A stretch of 64,000 nucleotides of DNA from Sulfurospirillum sp. (lineage in GTDB: Bacteria > Campylobacterota > Campylobacteria > Campylobacterales > Sulfurospirillaceae): positions 32,001 through 96,000 of the forward strand of contig JASFYR010000009.1 of the NCBI GenBank assembly GCA_045047115.1, read 5' to 3'. The translations under genes were made by a program, and so were the position numbers. This document shows, in pieces, positions 59,688 through 64,000 of the stretch; position 1 is the stretch's first letter; the number at the start of each line of letters is the position of its first letter. Under the pieces are notes generated by a model. That model was not told where the DNA came from. It saw only the letters and a program-made list of their open reading frames with translations, and made no database searches.

Positions 59688-60569
59688 CTATTTTACAAAG
59701 TCAACTTTTGCTAAATTATGTTTTATGCCTAGTTTATCAGGGCTTATGCCTAACGCTAGTCCTACCATCTGAGGCATATGAAGTATAGGGATAGATACAT
59801 CTTGACCCATCTCTTTACTTATGCTTTTTTGTTGGACATCAAGTCTTAAGTGGCATAGTGGGCAAGGTGTTACCATTGTATCTGCATTGTTTTGGATAGC
59901 ATCAAGCATAGCATTTCCTGAGATTTTGTTTGCTGTTTTTGGTGCTTGAAGTTCTACATGAAAACCGCAACACTTATTTTTGTGTCCATACTCTACACTA
60001 TGACCACCAAGTGCTACGATGAGTCTGTCCAGTGATGTTGGTTTGTATGGATCTTCATTTCCATTTGATGCACCATGTACTTCGTGCGGTCTTATGTTGT
60101 GACAACCATAAAAAGGTGCGATATAGAGATCTTTGAGTGGATTTTTTACTCTTGAAGCTATAGTATCTATGCCAAAATCATCTATAAGAGCATATAAAAA
60201 GTGTTTTATAGGAGATGTTCCTTTGTATTCTAGTCCTACCTCTTTAAGTTTTTCATTTACTCTTTTTTTAAGTTTTTCATCATTGTCTAGTCTATGCTTT
60301 GCAGTCGCTAGGTTTAGTTGACAAGTGTTGCAGACTGTAACTATGGTAAGTCCTCTTTTTTCTGCATAGCATATATTTCTTGCATTTAGTACAAGAGAGA
60401 GAAAATCATCATAATCTTGCATATGAGATGCCCCGCAACATGTAGCCTCTACAAGTTCAACAAGCTCTATATCAAATGCTTCGGCAATCGCCAGGGTTGA
60501 TTGCATAAGTTCTGGTGTGCTCTGTTTTGGTGTGCAACCTACAAAAAATGCGTATTTTAAATTTTCCAT
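59688..60569 (-). CDS. sdhE: CCG-domain (HdrB-like) anchor subunit of type-E succinate dehydrogenase
   Basis: TCCGAS, CNTC, FYGCH, KCCGFH, PCPLC. Confidence 0.85.
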   Translation of the reverse strand: MENLKYAFFVGCTPKQSTPELMQSTLAIAEAFDIELVELVEATCCGASHMQDYDDFLSLVLNARNICYAEKRGLTIVTVCNTCQLNLATAKHRLDNDEKLKKRVNEKLKEVGLEYKGTSPIKHFLYALIDDFGIDTIASRVKNPLKDLYIAPFYGCHNIRPHEVHGASNGNEDPYKPTSLDRLIVALGGHSVEYGHKNKCCGFHVELQAPKTANKISGNAMLDAIQNNADTMVTPCPLCHLRLDVQQKSISKEMGQDVSIPILHMPQMVGLALGISPDKLGIKHNLAKVDFVK

Positions 60570-60578
60570 AAAGCTTCC

Positions 60579-61559
60579 TTACTTAAATTTTACTGTTGAT
60601 GAACTTTTGATGAGTTTTTCAACTTCATCAAGTTTTTGTGATTTTGGCATTTGCCAAGGCATAATGAGCTTTCCGTTTTTAAACATATGCAAGGCTTCAG
60701 GCACATGCTTTAAGACTCCTATATTTCCCTCTGAGTATCTGACAAGTTCCCCCTCATCCAGGAAGCCATGTTTGGCTATAGAGTCTTTAAATCCTACAGC
60801 ATGTCTTGTTGCAACATTGTCTGTTGCCATATTTTCTTCAAATATTTGATTATGTAGTTTAGTTATTTTATCTATTGGTGAGAGTTCTTTTGGGCATGCT
60901 TCTGCACATTCATAGCATTTTACGCAGTCCCAAACGCCTTTGCTTTCTTGATTTACAATATCCAATCTGTCTCTTTTTGCATCATCTCGTACATCAGTAT
61001 TAAATCTAAAAGCTTTTAAAAGTGCAGCCGGTCCTATATAATCACCATTAACCTGAACAGAAGGGCAGGCATAAAAGCAGTTACCGCACTGGATACAGTA
61101 GTCTGCTTCATCAAGTTTATTTGCTTCGCTTTCATTTATGATGTATTCTGATTTTGGATGAGCATCTATTTGAGCTACAAGAAATGGCTTTACGCTATTG
61201 TATTTTTGCCAAAATCTCTCTTTATCTACAACCATATCTTTGATTGCCTGCTTTATATTTTGTGGCTCAAAGACTAATTCATAGCCAAATATCTCTATCA
61301 GGTCAAAAACTCTCTCTTTACAGGAGAGAACAGGTTTATTGTTCACTTTGATGGCACAACTTCCGCAAATTCCATGTCTGCAGCTTCTTCTGTAGCTAAA
61401 AGAGCCGTCTTTTCCCCATTTTATCTTATTGAGTATATCAAGCACGACTTCATCTTGAGCAACATCAAATGAGTAGTTTTCATAATACGGAAGTCTATCG
61501 ATCTCTTTGTTGTATCTGAAAACTTTAAAATTTACCCTTTTTATATCATAATTTTTCAT
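60579..61559 (-). CDS. sdhB: Succinate dehydrogenase/fumarate reductase Fe-S subunit
   Basis: SCRHGICGSC, CIQCGNCFYAC, CVKCYECAEAC. Confidence 0.92.
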   Translation of the reverse strand: MKNYDIKRVNFKVFRYNKEIDRLPYYENYSFDVAQDEVVLDILNKIKWGKDGSFSYRRSCRHGICGSCAIKVNNKPVLSCKERVFDLIEIFGYELVFEPQNIKQAIKDMVVDKERFWQKYNSVKPFLVAQIDAHPKSEYIINESEANKLDEADYCIQCGNCFYACPSVQVNGDYIGPAALLKAFRFNTDVRDDAKRDRLDIVNQESKGVWDCVKCYECAEACPKELSPIDKITKLHNQIFEENMATDNVATRHAVGFKDSIAKHGFLDEGELVRYSEGNIGVLKHVPEALHMFKNGKLIMPWQMPKSQKLDEVEKLIKSSSTVKFK

Positions 61560-61568
61560 TTTTTCATC

Positions 61569-63299
61569 CTAATATGTTCGTTCTGTTGGCTTGTATTTGC
61601 CAATCGTTACAGGTTTGTAGTCAATTTTTATACTTCCGTCTTCATTTAGATAGCAATAAGTGTGATTTAAAAAGTTTTCGTCGTCTCTTTTTGGAAAGTC
61701 ATCTCTAAAGTGTGAGCCTCTACTCTCTTTTCTAAGGATTGCTCCCTCAACTATAAAGGCTGAAAAATCAAGCATATGGCCTAACTCTATCGCCTCTTGA
61801 AGATCAGTGTTAAAGACTTTTGATCTATCATCAATTCCTACATTTTTATATCTTCGTTTTAACTCTTTAATGATCTCTTTTTGTTTTAGAAGTTTCTCTT
61901 CCGTCCTAAATACTCCAGCATTTTCAGTCATACTCTTTTGTAGTTCGCTTCTTAATTCGGGAACTCTCTCGCTCCCGCAAGATGATATGAGATCGTCTAT
62001 CTCGTTTATCATGATTGTAGCATCATTTATGTCTGGTTCTTTATGCGTTAAAAACTTATCTTCCTCAAGATCTGCGATGATAGTCTGTCCTACATGGCGA
62101 CCATAAAATACAGCTTCAAGCAATGAATTTGCCCCAAGTCTATTTGCGCCGTGAACACTTACACAAGCGCACTCTCCAGCGGCATAGAAGCTTTTAACAT
62201 TGTGTTCTATATCATATCTTACTCTACCGTGAACATCGGTAGGAATTCCTCCCATGGAGTAGTGAGCAGTTGGTGCTATTAAAATAGGCTCTTTTATCAT
62301 GTCCAACCCCAGGAAAGTAAGGGCCAAATCTCTAAGTTCAGGAAGTTTTGACATAATCTTCTCTTTTCCAAGATGAGTCAAATCAAGATAGACCGCATCT
62401 TTATCTTTACCTACTCCTTTGCCTGCCAAAATCTCTCTCGTGATAGATCTGCTTACCAAATCTCTTGGTCCCAATTCTAATTTTTCAGGTGCGTATTTTT
62501 CCATAAACCTTTCACCTTCGGAGTTAAAGAGTCTTCCGCCTTCTCCTCTTGCGGCTTCGCTTATGAGTATGCCTGTGCCTGCAAGTCCTGTCGGATGAAA
62601 CTGTACAAACTCCATATCTTTAAGAGGAATCCCTCTTCTCGCAACTATAGAGAGCCCGTCACCTGTGTTTGCGTGTGCATTGGAATTTACCGCATAACTT
62701 CGGGCATATCCACCTGTTGCAAACAGAACAGCCTTTGCATAAAATATGCCTTTTTGTCCTGTTTTTATATTGTAAGCTACAACACCACTTACAATCTTTT
62801 CTTTGTTTCCACTATATATGATGTCAGCAACATACCATTCATCCCAAAATTCTACACCATCTCTGTGTGCCTGCTCAAAAAGTGTTTGAAGAAGGGTTAA
62901 ACCTGTTCTGTCCTTTGCATAACAAGCCCTGGGAAAGGATTGTCCTCCAAAAGGTCTTTGGGCTATCGTGCCATCTTCCTCTCTGCTAAATGCAGCCCCC
63001 ATATGCTCAACCCACCTTATAGTTTCAGGTGCACTGCTGCACATAAGCTCAACTGCTTCTTGATTTGCCAGGTAGTCACTACCTTTTATAGTGTCAAATA
63101 TGTGTGACTGTGTACTGTCATCTTCTTTTAAAGCAGCATTTATTCCGCCTTGTGCAGCTCCGGAGTGACTTCTTAGAGGATGGAGTTTTGTCAAAACACA
63201 TACATGTTTACCGTGACTCTCTAGCTCTCTAGCTGCCGCAAGACCAGCAAGACCGGCACCAACTATTACAGCATCATAACGATGAATTGAAATACCCAT
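61569..63299 (-). CDS. sdhA: Succinate dehydrogenase/fumarate reductase flavoprotein
   Basis: [40 protein letters not shown]. Confidence 0.95.
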   Translation of the reverse strand: MGISIHRYDAVIVGAGLAGLAAARELESHGKHVCVLTKLHPLRSHSGAAQGGINAALKEDDSTQSHIFDTIKGSDYLANQEAVELMCSSAPETIRWVEHMGAAFSREEDGTIAQRPFGGQSFPRACYAKDRTGLTLLQTLFEQAHRDGVEFWDEWYVADIIYSGNKEKIVSGVVAYNIKTGQKGIFYAKAVLFATGGYARSYAVNSNAHANTGDGLSIVARRGIPLKDMEFVQFHPTGLAGTGILISEAARGEGGRLFNSEGERFMEKYAPEKLELGPRDLVSRSITREILAGKGVGKDKDAVYLDLTHLGKEKIMSKLPELRDLALTFLGLDMIKEPILIAPTAHYSMGGIPTDVHGRVRYDIEHNVKSFYAAGECACVSVHGANRLGANSLLEAVFYGRHVGQTIIADLEEDKFLTHKEPDINDATIMINEIDDLISSCGSERVPELRSELQKSMTENAGVFRTEEKLLKQKEIIKELKRRYKNVGIDDRSKVFNTDLQEAIELGHMLDFSAFIVEGAILRKESRGSHFRDDFPKRDDENFLNHTYCYLNEDGSIKIDYKPVTIGKYKPTERTY

Positions 63300-63396
63300 G
63301 TGGATTTCCTTAAATTGATATTTTTGAATATAGCTTTATTATATAATTTAATATATAAAAATAAGATTTAATTAAAATAAAAAAGTAAAATTTTTT

Positions 63397-63999
63397 CTAA
63401 ATTAGCAATTTTTCAAAATCTTCCAAATCATAAAGTGTAACATTTCTCGCTTTTTTTAACTCAAGCTCTTTAGAAAAACCACTCTTAGAGAACAGAATGT
63501 ATCTGTCTATCTCTAAATTTGCCTTTTTGCATTTGTTTTGCAATGAGTTGAGAACATTTTTGCAGATTTTGCTGTTTTTCCATTTTGCTTCCCCTGCAAT
63601 TTTGAGATTTGATGTTTGTATATATAAATCTATCTCTACATTCTTATCCCAATAGCTTCCAGATGAGATTATCTCTTTATAGTCTTTAGCTACAAGCTGA
63701 TTTGAAAGTTTTTCAAACTCCAGGCTTATAAACTTTTCCAAATATTGATTGATTGATTTTAGAGTTATTTTATTGTATTTTTTTAATTCCGGCGATATAA
63801 AAGTAAACCAAAATCTTGTAAAATTATTTTTTAGATGTATTTTATCTTGAATTTTATATCTTCTTAAATATTTTTTTAGTGGTTGGTTTTTGGAATTGCG
63901 AAGAGGTTTTTCTCTGCTTACTTCTTTTTGAATTTCTCCAATCTCAAAAAGGTGTTTAAAGAGTTCCCTGCCTTTTATCTGCGGTATGTTTTCCTTTAT
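63397..63999 (-). CDS. DUF234 / archaeal-ATPase-associated nuclease-fold protein, C-terminal part (5' end outside the window)
   Basis: Frame is open to the window edge (SREKPL, NNFTRFWFTF, FEKLS, YWDKNVEID, GEAKWK, LFSKSGF). Confidence 0.8.
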   Translation of the reverse strand: MKENIPQIKGRELFKHLFEIGEIQKEVSREKPLRNSKNQPLKKYLRRYKIQDKIHLKNNFTRFWFTFISPELKKYNKITLKSINQYLEKFISLEFEKLSNQLVAKDYKEIISSGSYWDKNVEIDLYIQTSNLKIAGEAKWKNSKICKNVLNSLQNKCKKANLEIDRYILFSKSGFSKELELKKARNVTLYDLEDFEKLLI

Positions 64000-64000
64000 G

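Noticed and set aside
2861..62900. Numerous 60-230 aa ORFs overlapping larger genes (e.g. 21288..21797, 26420..27103, 31930..32568)
   Set aside because: They lie antisense or off-frame within well-supported genes, with no motifs or RBS
1..64000. tRNA, rRNA, IS transposase, integrase or prophage genes
   Set aside because: None recognised in any intergenic region or ORF

Overview
AT-rich chromosomal window from a Campylobacterota (Epsilonproteobacteria) bacterium, probably a free-living sulfur-cycling relative of Sulfurospirillum/Sulfurimonas. This is inferred from the HIT/pheST-aroA-ispH-rpsA-serA gene order, flgS, the pycB/oadA-pckA-argH order and TGnTATAAT promoters. The core backbone is interleaved with accessory modules. 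(1) 1-12 kb: a 12-heme c-type cytochrome with three CxxC thioredoxin-fold proteins, a monoheme cytochrome and three two-component systems, one with a heme-c sensor domain. (2) A TRAP transporter, an Fe-S D-lactate dehydrogenase, oadGAB and pckA. (3) A SqrD-type sulfide:quinone oxidoreductase, a 49-aa protein, TolC, an adaptor and a split RND permease, with a perfect Fur-type box, lying between serA and efp. (4) A fluoride riboswitch apparently controlling a tandem pair of truncated MutS-like ATPases. (5) An XRE-cupin regulator and ald with three operators. (6) A fused DUF1538, P-II-like and CBS unit. (7) A type-E succinate dehydrogenase without a Tat signal. rpsA carries a single-base insertion near its 3' end, and a small family of REP-like intergenic repeats is present. 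No tRNA, rRNA, CRISPR array, transposase or integrase was found. All family assignments come from motif recognition by eye, not database searches.
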